Below, in pieces: positions 48,399-56,827 of a DNA stretch of 56,827 bases (position 1 is its first letter; each line of letters starts with the position of its first letter). A program made the translations under genes and the position numbers. Source of the stretch: a bacterium (lineage in GTDB: Bacteria > Bacteroidota > Bacteroidia > Chitinophagales > Chitinophagaceae); contig DAHXOZ010000002.1 in assembly GCA_027364635.1 (NCBI GenBank), positions 1-56,827 on the forward strand. Reading direction: 5' to 3'. The notes beneath the pieces are model-generated. The model was not told the origin of the DNA and made no database searches. It saw only the letters and a program-made list of their open reading frames with translations.

Positions 48399-48496
48399 TT
48401 TAGATGAGTTTAGAATCGTTTAAGAATCGTTTAGAAGGGTTTAGACAGTTTAGAAGGGTTTAGATAGTTTAGAAGGGTTTAGATAGTTTAGAATCG
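48399..48496. repeat. Intergenic tandem array of ten 9-11-bp TTTAGA-core units
   Basis: TTTAGATGAG/TTTAGAATCG/TTTAAGAATCG/TTTAGAAGGG/TTTAGACAG/TTTAGAAGGG/TTTAGATAG/TTTAGAAGGG/TTTAGATAG/TTTAGAATCG. Confidence 0.9.
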
Positions 48497-48534
48497 TTAT
48501 TAACCGAATAATTTATTAATTCAACAATAATTTA

Positions 48535-49296
48535 TTACTTAAAAACATCTGAATGTAAATAATCTTTTCTTTTCAATTCAAAATTTCTTCCAAGATACAA
48601 ACGGCGCACCTGTTCATCTTTAGCCAATTTCTCTGCACTACCCTCTATAAAAATTTTCCCTTCGATCAGTAAATATGCTCTGTCGCAGATAGAAAGCGTT
48701 TCATTTACATTGTGATCAGTGATTAAAATCCCAATGTTTTTATAGCGTAATTTGGTAACAATTGATTGAATGTCTTCCACAGCAATTGGGTCAATCCCGG
48801 CAAACGGTTCATCGAGCAAAATAAATTTTGGATCTACTGCAAGCGCCCGGGCAATTTCTGTTCTTCTTCTTTCACCTCCACTTAATACATCTCCATTGCT
48901 CTTTCGTACATGTTCCAGGTTAAATTCTGAAATCAGCGTTTCCAGTTTCTCTCTTTGTTCTCTTTTAGAAAGTTTGGTCATTTCAAGAACAGCGGCAATA
49001 TTATCTTCTACCGTAAGCTTTCTAAAAACACTTGCTTCCTGCGGCAAATAACCCAAACCCATTTTTGCTCTTTTAAACATCGGGAGTTTGGTAATATCGA
49101 GATCATTTAAAAAAACGTTGCCCTCATCAGATTTTACCAATCCTACCACCTGGTAAAAAGAAGTGGTTTTTCCGGCACCGTTTGGCCCGAGTAATCCTAC
49201 AATTTCTCCCTGGCTCACCTGGAATGAAACCTTATCATTTACGGTACGTTTTCCGTATTTTTTGGTTAGATCTTTCGCAAAAATTGTCTGATTCAA
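48535..49296 (-). CDS. lptB: LPS export ABC transporter ATP-binding protein
   Basis: [44 protein letters not shown]. Confidence 0.95.
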   Translation of the reverse strand: MNQTIFAKDLTKKYGKRTVNDKVSFQVSQGEIVGLLGPNGAGKTTSFYQVVGLVKSDEGNVFLNDLDITKLPMFKRAKMGLGYLPQEASVFRKLTVEDNIAAVLEMTKLSKREQREKLETLISEFNLEHVRKSNGDVLSGGERRRTEIARALAVDPKFILLDEPFAGIDPIAVEDIQSIVTKLRYKNIGILITDHNVNETLSICDRAYLLIEGKIFIEGSAEKLAKDEQVRRLYLGRNFELKRKDYLHSDVFK

Positions 49297-49364
49297 AAAA
49301 AAATATTTTTATAAAAATACGTGAATGAAAATTAATGAAGAATGCATAAGGTATTTCAGTAAGA

Positions 49365-52178
49365 TTAATGAGCTTCAAGCCAGTTTTCACCAACTCCAAT
49401 CTCGGCCTCAACCGGCACATCATTAGGAAGAAGAAGCGCATTTTTCATTCCTTCGATTATTATGGGTTTTATGATTTCAATCTCAGATTTGTAAGCGTCA
49501 AAAACCAATTCATCATGCACCTGCATGATCATTTTTGATCTGAAATTATTTTTCCTGAATTCTTTGTGAATATTGATCATGGCCAGTTTTATCATATCCG
49601 CCGCTGTTCCTTGTATTGGCGAATTAATGGCATTTCGTTCCGCATAGCCACGAACCGTAAAATTGGAAGAATTGATATCTTTCAGCCAGCGCTTTCTTCC
49701 CATCAGCGTTTCCACATATCCGTTAGCTTTACAAAACTGAATAGTTTCATCCATATATTTTTGAATATTGGCAAACTGCTTTTTATAATTATCAATTATT
49801 TCTTTTGCTTCCGTACGTGATATCCCCAAATTTTCGGCAAGCCCAAAGGCGCCCTGCCCATAAATAATTCCAAAGTTTACACTTTTGGCTTTGTAGCGCA
49901 TTTCCTTGGTCACATCATCTTCCTCCACATCAAAAACCCTTGATGCTGTTGCAGTATGAATATCCCTGTTTTGTTTAAAAGCCTCACACATAGCAGGGTC
50001 TCCGCTGATGCCAGCGACAATCCGTAACTCTATCTGGGAGTAATCCGCTGAAATTATTAGATGATCACTGTCTCTCGGTATAAAAGCTTTTCTTATTTCT
50101 CTTCCCCTTTCTGTTCTTATAGGAATATTCTGCAGGTTAGGATTGTTACTACTCAATCTTCCTGTTACCGCAATTGCCTGGCCGTAAGAAGTATGCACAC
50201 GCTGTGTTTTTGTATTCACCATTAAAGGCAAAGCATCTACATACGTTGATTTTAATTTTGTAAGCTCCCTGAAATTTAGAATGTCTTCTACAATAGGATT
50301 TTCTTTGGCCAGTTTCAGCAATACATCTTCCCCTGTAGAATGTTGTCCCCCTTTTGTTTTCTTGCCTTTATTGAGCTGCAGTTTTTCAAACAATACTTCT
50401 CCCAATTGTTTGGGAGATGCCAGGTTGAATTTTATTCCTGCCTGGTCATATACACTTTGCTCGCATTTGGCAGCCTCTGTTTCCAGTTCTTTGGAATATA
50501 CATTCAGGAAATTGATATCCACCTTTACACCTTCATATTCCATATCTGTCAACACTTTTACCAAAGGTGCTTCCACTTCGTAGAAAACTTTTTCAACCTG
50601 CTTTTGCTTTAAGTACGGAGTAAATGCATTCTTTAATTGCAGCGTTATATCCGCATCTTCAGCAGCATATTCTTTTACTTTCTCTATATCTACATCCCGC
50701 ATAGTTCCCTGCGTCTTTCCCTTCTTACCAATTAATTCAGTAATAGAAACAGGGAGATACCCAAGATATTGAGCGCTCAATAAATCCATATTACGCCTTC
50801 CTTCACTTTCAATTACATAATGTGCCAGCATGGTATCGAATAATTTTCCTTTTAATTCAAACCCATACCACTTTAATACCAGCAAATCATATTTAATGTT
50901 TTGTCCTATCCATAAAATAGATTCATCATCAAATAATTTTTTGAAATGATTTAATATTTTAATCACCTGTTCTGTATCATCAGGGCACGGGACATAATAG
51001 CCTTCTCCATTTGTGTAAGAAAAACTTAACCCTACCAGTTCCGCTTCATTGGCATCAATATGAGTTGTTTCGGTGTCAAAAGAAATTTCTTTTTGTGCTG
51101 ATAATTTTTCTACGAGTTCATTAATGGCGGTTTCCCCTTCAACCAGCAAATATTTATGCGGTGTATTATTTATATTTTTTTCTGCCGCGAGCCCGGATTT
51201 TTCTTCGGTAACTATTTTTTCTGTAGGTTTTGATTCAGGCACATCGGCTACATTTCCAAACAAATCAGTTTGTATCACCTGTTTATTTACAACAAAAACA
51301 TTGTATTCATCACCCAAAATTCTTTTGCCTAAAGTTTTAAATTCAAGCTCGGTAAAAAGATCTTTTAGGATTTCTGTATTGTAAACTTTTACCCTAAAGT
51401 CTTCTTCATGAAACTGGCAGGGAACTTCTGTAATAATCGTTGCCAGTTTCTTACTCATTATGGCAGCTTCCTTTCCGGCTCTTATTTTCTCCCCCAAAGC
51501 ACCTTTAATATTTTCGGCATCTGCTAAAACATTTTCAATTGTCTCATATTGTGCTAATAGCTTGGCAGCGGTTTTTTCACCAATACCTGCAATGCCGGGA
51601 ATATTATCAGCAGCATCTCCCATAAGGCCAAGAATATCTATAACCTGGTTCACATTTTTTATACCCCATTTTTCACAAACCTCTTTTGGGCCCAATATTT
51701 CAAACTTGCCGCCCTGGTATCCCGGTTTATAAATTTTTATTTTTTCTGTAACCAATTGCCCGAAATCTTTGTCCGGCGTTACCATAAAAACCTCATAGCC
51801 TTCTTTTTCTGCCTGTTGGGCCAGGGCACCAATTACATCATCAGCTTCATAACCATCGCATTCCACCACTGGCAAATTAAAGCCTTCAATTATTTTTTTT
51901 ATATCAGGGATAGAAGCAATTAAATCTTCAGGAGCTTCCTGCCTGTTGGCTTTATAGGCTTCAAAATCAGTATGCCTTTCCGTTGGGGCAATCGTATCAA
52001 AAGCCACGGCGAGATGTGTAGGTTTTTCTTTGCTGATGAGATCAAAAAGTGTATTGGTAAATCCAAACTGGGCATTGGTATTTTTACCTTTTGTAGTTAT
52101 AATCGGGCTGCGGATCAGCGCATAATAAGCGCGATAGATCAATGCCATTGCATCAAGCAGAAATAACTTTTTTTCCAT
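49365..52178 (-). CDS. polA: DNA polymerase I
   Basis: 5' nuclease (YKANR, EADD, DKD), 3'-5' exonuclease (FDTET, NIKYD, YAAED), polymerase (TGRLSS, DYSQIELR, QVHDE). Confidence 0.98.
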   Translation of the reverse strand: MEKKLFLLDAMALIYRAYYALIRSPIITTKGKNTNAQFGFTNTLFDLISKEKPTHLAVAFDTIAPTERHTDFEAYKANRQEAPEDLIASIPDIKKIIEGFNLPVVECDGYEADDVIGALAQQAEKEGYEVFMVTPDKDFGQLVTEKIKIYKPGYQGGKFEILGPKEVCEKWGIKNVNQVIDILGLMGDAADNIPGIAGIGEKTAAKLLAQYETIENVLADAENIKGALGEKIRAGKEAAIMSKKLATIITEVPCQFHEEDFRVKVYNTEILKDLFTELEFKTLGKRILGDEYNVFVVNKQVIQTDLFGNVADVPESKPTEKIVTEEKSGLAAEKNINNTPHKYLLVEGETAINELVEKLSAQKEISFDTETTHIDANEAELVGLSFSYTNGEGYYVPCPDDTEQVIKILNHFKKLFDDESILWIGQNIKYDLLVLKWYGFELKGKLFDTMLAHYVIESEGRRNMDLLSAQYLGYLPVSITELIGKKGKTQGTMRDVDIEKVKEYAAEDADITLQLKNAFTPYLKQKQVEKVFYEVEAPLVKVLTDMEYEGVKVDINFLNVYSKELETEAAKCEQSVYDQAGIKFNLASPKQLGEVLFEKLQLNKGKKTKGGQHSTGEDVLLKLAKENPIVEDILNFRELTKLKSTYVDALPLMVNTKTQRVHTSYGQAIAVTGRLSSNNPNLQNIPIRTERGREIRKAFIPRDSDHLIISADYSQIELRIVAGISGDPAMCEAFKQNRDIHTATASRVFDVEEDDVTKEMRYKAKSVNFGIIYGQGAFGLAENLGISRTEAKEIIDNYKKQFANIQKYMDETIQFCKANGYVETLMGRKRWLKDINSSNFTVRGYAERNAINSPIQGTAADMIKLAMINIHKEFRKNNFRSKMIMQVHDELVFDAYKSEIEIIKPIIIEGMKNALLLPNDVPVEAEIGVGENWLEAH

Positions 52179-52256
52179 CTGACAAAAATAACGATTACCC
52201 TACAGTATATAAGGAACTGTTTGCAAAGGACTGGTTAAGTTTTTTATGCACTTTTA

Positions 52257-52988
52257 TTAAAACCTTGATGCAAGATAATAAGGCAACATGTCCCGCCAGG
52301 TTGGCCAATCGTGGCGCATATCATTTCCCCAAATATCAAGTTCATAATTAATTCCTTTATCGTACAATACTTTCGCAAATCTTCCGGCAGCGCCTGGATC
52401 TTCATGATCACCACTTCCTGAAAGAATGTGGATGTGTTTACTTCTTCTTATGTTATCCAAATACCAGGCGTCAGTAAGATTCGGCATATAATTCATTGGA
52501 GAATTGTAATAAACCTGTTCGTCATGAAAACCTTTTGTGTATTCATGAAGATCATAAACACCGCTCATTGCAATAACGCCGTTGATAATATCGGGCCGTT
52601 TTAAAAATAAATTCATACTGTGCAATGCGCCAAAACTCGCGCCGCATGTGATGATAGGAGTTTCATTAGAAGTGCTGTTTTTAACAAAAGGAATGACTTC
52701 ATTAAAAACATATTGATTAAACTGATTGTGACGGATGGCCTTATGTTCGGGCAACATATCATTGTTCATCCAGCTTTCATTATTCAGGCTATTAATCGAA
52801 AAAACTTTTACTTTCCCTGAATCAATAAAAGGACCTATTGAATCAATCAATTGAAAGCGTTCATATTCGAGATAATCTGCACCAGCAGTAGGTATCAGCA
52901 ACAACGCAAAACCATAATCGCCGTAAGTTACTATAGGCATATCTTTATTTACAGACGGGCTGTACCATGAAGTAAGTTCTCTTTTCAT
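52257..52988 (-). CDS. Putative esterase (alpha/beta hydrolase)
   Basis: GASFG nucleophile motif and HDWPTW. Confidence 0.85.
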   Translation of the reverse strand: MKRELTSWYSPSVNKDMPIVTYGDYGFALLLIPTAGADYLEYERFQLIDSIGPFIDSGKVKVFSINSLNNESWMNNDMLPEHKAIRHNQFNQYVFNEVIPFVKNSTSNETPIITCGASFGALHSMNLFLKRPDIINGVIAMSGVYDLHEYTKGFHDEQVYYNSPMNYMPNLTDAWYLDNIRRSKHIHILSGSGDHEDPGAAGRFAKVLYDKGINYELDIWGNDMRHDWPTWRDMLPYYLASRF

Positions 52989-53345
52989 AAAAAGTGATCA
53001 TTGATTTTCTAACAAAATACGGTAATCCCGAAAAATTGTAACCAACTTTTTCCAGGCTTTTTTCAGAAGTTGCAGCAAGCAAACAAATTTTAGTAAAAAT
53101 TAATTCACGCCATTATATTTTTTGCAATTATTGAGGGAAGCATTTTGTCGATTTCAGAATTTTAGCAAATATTGTTACCACGTCATATGTTTCCCTTGTA
53201 TCTAATTATTATTTGCTTAAGATCACGTTCTTGCAGCAGAAAGTAATTTTCCCAAAATTCATCCGGGCAGTACATTGTTGTAGCATTTGTTGCTAACCAA
53301 TGGAAATTCACTGTAATACTAATTAATCATTTAAACCAGATTATC

Positions 53346-54506
53346 ATGAAAAGTTTACTAAAAACCAACCAACGACTTTTCTTATCAGCAAAAGGCAGTT
53401 GGCTTCCAGTGATTGTATTTGCAGCGGCAATATTTTTTGCCGGATGCAAAAAAGGACCTACTTCTCCCTGTAACAATGGAAATTTTTCCACAGGTAAAAA
53501 CAAACCCATTGTAGTCAAAAAAGGAGGTTCAATCCAGGCGGCAGTGGATGCGGCATCACCAGGTTCTACCATATTAATAGAGCCCGGAGTTTACAATGGA
53601 GAAATCACCATCAAAAAATCGGGTATCCAATTAATTGGAATGAATTGTACCGCCGATGAAAAAGTTATAATTCAAAACCCGGGAGATGAAGACTGCGGTA
53701 TAATGGTACACAAAGGAGGGGATGGATTTGTTCTGAAAAATGTAACGGTTGAAGGATTTTCAGAAAACGGCGTCTACCTTGAGTTTATAGACAATTTTTT
53801 ACTTTCCAATATCACTACGATTGACTGTAAAGAATATGGCCTTTATCCCGTTCATTGTACAAATGGCCTGATCGAATATTGCATTGCTACAGGAAGCGCA
53901 GATACGGGTATTTATGTAGGACAGTCTGAAAATGTTGCCATGCAGTACAATACTGCTTATGGAAATGTGAATGGTTTTGAAATAGAAAACTGCAGCAGTG
54001 TAGTAGCATTTAAAAATCATTCTTACAACAATGTATCAGGAATTCTGATTGTTTTATTACCGGGCCTTATTGTAAAAAGTTCTTCTAACATCACAGTAAC
54101 TGATAATAAGATTGAAAATAACAATCACGTAAATTTTGCAGAACCGGGTGCAGGATTCGAAGGTTTCGTTCCCAGTGGTTCAGGAATTCTTTTAGTTGGT
54201 GCTGATAAGGTGACAATTGAAAAAAATAAAATCAGTGGCAACAATTTTACAGGAATTGCAACGGTAAGCACCGTCATCTTAGGCGCTCTTGGTGGCCTTC
54301 CCCCCGAAGCATTTGCTGATATAGAACCTAATGCCGATGACGCGAAAATTGTGAACAATACGCTTATGAATAATGGCAGTGCACCTCCTGCAGGTTTACC
54401 ATTACCAGGTGTGGATTTTTTATGGGATGGAAACGGAACCAATAATTGCTGGAAAAATAATAGCTATTCCAGCAGCTACCCATCTCCGTTACCCCAATGT
54501 AATTAA
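53346..54506 (+). CDS. Lipoprotein with right-handed parallel beta-helix repeats
   Basis: Lipobox FFAGC-KK; SIQAAVDAA.PG..I...PGVY, YGLYPV, DTGIYVGQS, GFEIEN repeats. Confidence 0.85.
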   Translation: MKSLLKTNQRLFLSAKGSWLPVIVFAAAIFFAGCKKGPTSPCNNGNFSTGKNKPIVVKKGGSIQAAVDAASPGSTILIEPGVYNGEITIKKSGIQLIGMNCTADEKVIIQNPGDEDCGIMVHKGGDGFVLKNVTVEGFSENGVYLEFIDNFLLSNITTIDCKEYGLYPVHCTNGLIEYCIATGSADTGIYVGQSENVAMQYNTAYGNVNGFEIENCSSVVAFKNHSYNNVSGILIVLLPGLIVKSSSNITVTDNKIENNNHVNFAEPGAGFEGFVPSGSGILLVGADKVTIEKNKISGNNFTGIATVSTVILGALGGLPPEAFADIEPNADDAKIVNNTLMNNGSAPPAGLPLPGVDFLWDGNGTNNCWKNNSYSSSYPSPLPQCN

Positions 54507-54625
54507 AATGAATGACTAGGAAAGCGATATGTTTTAATCCGCACCCAATGATAACATATAAGCTCTCAAAACTTAGAGATGATAGTAAAGAAGCAGCAAT
54601 CCTGAGTATTATTTAAAAATGAACA

Positions 54626-55495
54626 ATGAGAAAATTATTACAAAATATAGTGGCAATATTTTTTATTATAGGTGGCGACAGTTGTTCAGTCATTGCACAA
54701 CCGTACATTGATGCACTTAATATTCATTACTGCAAAAGTCCTGACATCGGTTTTTTTCAACACAACAAGAAAGCAACTGATTTAAATTATTTCAATGCAT
54801 CCACAACATTACCAGTCTTATTCAAAAACAAAAAAGACGCAATCATTTTTAGCCCTTATTATGAGCAATGGGAAACAAAAATCAAAGACGTAACTAGTTT
54901 TCGCAAAAATCATTTTGGAATCGTGTTGCCCGTCTCATTTCTAAAATCAATAGATTCAAAATGGAGTATACTCGTTACTCCGATCATAAGAATAAATGAC
55001 ACAGCATTTGACTCAAAAAGCAAATCGCAACTCGGTGGTGCTGTACTCGGATCTCACAAAAGTTCGGACGGGAAACTCACTTATAAATTCGGATTATACA
55101 TCAATGGAGATTTGTTCGGACTATTTGTGATGCCATTGCTTGGAATAGATTGGGAAATCAATCCAAAAACAAATTTATTTGGTGTATTACCCGGAAACTT
55201 AATGCTTGAGCGCCGGTTAAAAAGAAGTTTGTACTACGGGATGACCTTCAGAGCTTTTACAAACTCATATACCGACTTGAACCGTTACTGGCGTGTGGAT
55301 GAAAACCAGGTAGGTATATTTGTGGATTGGTATCTAACCAAAAAAATTGTTTTTAATATCGAAGCAGGTCATTCAGTATTCAGAAAGATAAGAACAGGTA
55401 TAAAGAATGAAACAGGAACCGACTGGCAGGCTAACGACAATATGTATGCGAAATTGGGATTAACTTATAGGATACGGTTTAATAGAGAAAATTAA
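54626..55495 (+). CDS. Putative outer-membrane beta-barrel protein (DUF6268-like)
   Basis: Signal-like N-terminus, alternating beta strands, PLLGIDW...FGVLP, near-terminal LGLTYRI. Confidence 0.6.
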   Translation: MRKLLQNIVAIFFIIGGDSCSVIAQPYIDALNIHYCKSPDIGFFQHNKKATDLNYFNASTTLPVLFKNKKDAIIFSPYYEQWETKIKDVTSFRKNHFGIVLPVSFLKSIDSKWSILVTPIIRINDTAFDSKSKSQLGGAVLGSHKSSDGKLTYKFGLYINGDLFGLFVMPLLGIDWEINPKTNLFGVLPGNLMLERRLKRSLYYGMTFRAFTNSYTDLNRYWRVDENQVGIFVDWYLTKKIVFNIEAGHSVFRKIRTGIKNETGTDWQANDNMYAKLGLTYRIRFNREN

Positions 55496-55510
55496 ACGAC
55501 CGCATATTTC

Positions 55511-56122
55511 TTAACGCAACGAAATTAGCTGTCCTAAATTTTCTTTAACTCCGCCAAACCATTCATCTTTTAAAATACTCAAAATAATGCTGTCTCTTCT
55601 TACTTCGGCATCTCTCGTGGGCATGTGACTTCTCAAAACACCTTCTACTTTGCAACCGATCGCTTTCATTGCCGAAATACTTCTTTCGTTATTATTGTCT
55701 GCCCGAAATTCTACTCTTTCCATTCCTATATCTTCAAAGGCAAACGAAAGTAGAAGAAACTTGCAATGCCTGTTCAGCCCTGTTCTTTGAAATTTTTTAC
55801 CATACCAGGTATAGCCCAATTGAAGACTTTTAAAAGCAGGATTAATATCATAAAACCTTGTACTGCCGGCATATTCATTTGTTTTCTTATCAAAAACAAT
55901 AAAAGGATATTCCTTTCCCATAGTTCTTGCCTCCAGCGCAATGTCCAGGTAATTAGCGAGCCCTTCTTCTCCTGCTGCCGTTATCAATGAATATTTCCAA
56001 AGCTCAGGTTCATTCCGGGCGAATGGCAAAAGATTTTCATAATCCTCCAATTTCAAAGGACGAAGTAACACGCGATCGTCTTCTAAAATATAATCTTCGG
56101 TTGGATTAAAGTCAACAGGCAT
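55511..56122 (-). CDS. GNAT N-acetyltransferase (RimJ/RimL-like)
   Basis: AGSTRFY, LGYTW, QRTGLN, RVEFRAD..NERS, EGVLR. Confidence 0.9.
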   Translation of the reverse strand: MPVDFNPTEDYILEDDRVLLRPLKLEDYENLLPFARNEPELWKYSLITAAGEEGLANYLDIALEARTMGKEYPFIVFDKKTNEYAGSTRFYDINPAFKSLQLGYTWYGKKFQRTGLNRHCKFLLLSFAFEDIGMERVEFRADNNNERSISAMKAIGCKVEGVLRSHMPTRDAEVRRDSIILSILKDEWFGGVKENLGQLISLR

Positions 56123-56247
56123 AAAATAAAAACGTTTGTAAAATAAAAATTCAATAAAATTGTTCGTTTACTGTTTCGTATGAAATAAAGATAATCACCT
56201 CTTTCCAATTTTATTTAATTTCAATTCTTTTTTAAAAACAAAATTAT

Positions 56248-56799
56248 ATGGACAAACCAAAATCTTATTGTGACGCAATCCTAACGATGGATAAAACGAA
56301 TGTGCATCGTATTTACCACGACAATTTTTATGGATTTCCGATTGAAGACGATAATGAACTTTTTGAAAGATTGGTTTTAGAAATAAACCAGGCAGGATTA
56401 AGCTGGTCGACGATTTTAAATAAGCAACAGAATTTTAAAAAAGCTTATAAAGATTTTGATATTAAAAAAGTGGCTTTTTTTAAAGAAAAAGATTTTGAAC
56501 GCTTAATGAATGATGCCGGAATTATTCGTAATCGTTTAAAAATAAACGCAGCGATCGAAAATGCAAAAACCATTTTGCAGCTCCAAAAAGAATTTGGTTC
56601 GTTTAAAAACTGGATAGAACATCATCATCCGAAAACAAAAGAAGAATGGGTAAAGATTTTTAAGAAAACTTTTAAGTTTACCGGCGGGGAAATCGTAAAC
56701 GAATTTTTGATGAGCACAGGATATTTAGCTGGAGCACATATTGAAAGTTGCGCAGTTTATAAAAAAGTGTTGAAAGCGAAACCGGCTTTTTTGAAATAG
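56248..56799 (+). CDS. tag: DNA-3-methyladenine glycosylase I
   Basis: YHD, LFERLVLEINQAGLSWSTIL, GIIRNRLKI, FKFTG, H...C. Confidence 0.93.
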   Translation: MDKPKSYCDAILTMDKTNVHRIYHDNFYGFPIEDDNELFERLVLEINQAGLSWSTILNKQQNFKKAYKDFDIKKVAFFKEKDFERLMNDAGIIRNRLKINAAIENAKTILQLQKEFGSFKNWIEHHHPKTKEEWVKIFKKTFKFTGGEIVNEFLMSTGYLAGAHIESCAVYKKVLKAKPAFLK

Positions 56800-56827
56800 C
56801 GGCAAGTAGTAAACGAAGTTTTATTGC

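Noticed and set aside
48399-48496. Tandem array as a CRISPR, or as extra copies of the ECF motif
   Set aside because: Units are only 9-11 bp with no unique spacers and no cas genes. The single GTCT on the minus strand is 11 or 20 nt from the nearest suitable TAAAC, not 17.
12911-53360. Other TTAAAC sites (near 12911, 19465, 29132, 39365, 53331) as ECF promoters
   Set aside because: None has GTCT at the 17-nt spacing.
26713-56799. Ada-like, polA and tag genes as an alkylation-repair island
   Set aside because: They are spread over 30 kb among unrelated housekeeping genes, and I saw no shared upstream motif.
1-56827. tRNA, rRNA, riboswitch, IS, integrase or prophage
   Set aside because: None recognised by eye in intergenic regions or ORFs. 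An Infernal/Rfam scan would be needed to exclude divergent RNAs.

Overview
AT-rich bacterial window from a Bacteroidota genome, most likely Chitinophagaceae (inferred from TAnnTTTG -7 promoter boxes, gene content and gene order). Positions 1-17.4 kb hold a surface-polysaccharide cluster: Wzx flippase, several glycosyltransferases, four SAM methyltransferases, a deacetylase/formyltransferase pair, glf, a Wzy-like protein and an AsnB amidotransferase. An ECF sigma/anti-sigma/periplasmic sensor triplet and the mreBCD-mrdA-rodA operon follow. The rest is mostly housekeeping (purD, serS, gcvH, murA, gmk, lptB, polA, tag), with transporters, a DUF1800/DUF1501 pair and a small toxin-antitoxin locus. 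I recognised no rRNA, tRNA, CRISPR array or transposase. Best leads: (1) an exact bipartite motif, TTAAAC-N17-GTCT, upstream of four genes, suggesting a local ECF regulon that includes DUF1800/DUF1501; (2) an unannotated ~58-nt promoter-to-terminator unit whose 5' part is complementary to AUGAAAAA start regions; (3) a 69-bp inverted copy of wzx at the window start that fuses in frame to a glycosyltransferase missing from the ORF track (inversion or chimera); (4) a YafQ toxin broken by one in-frame stop; (5) a 10-unit tandem array upstream of the GH3 gene. All family assignments come from motif recognition by eye; no database searches were run.
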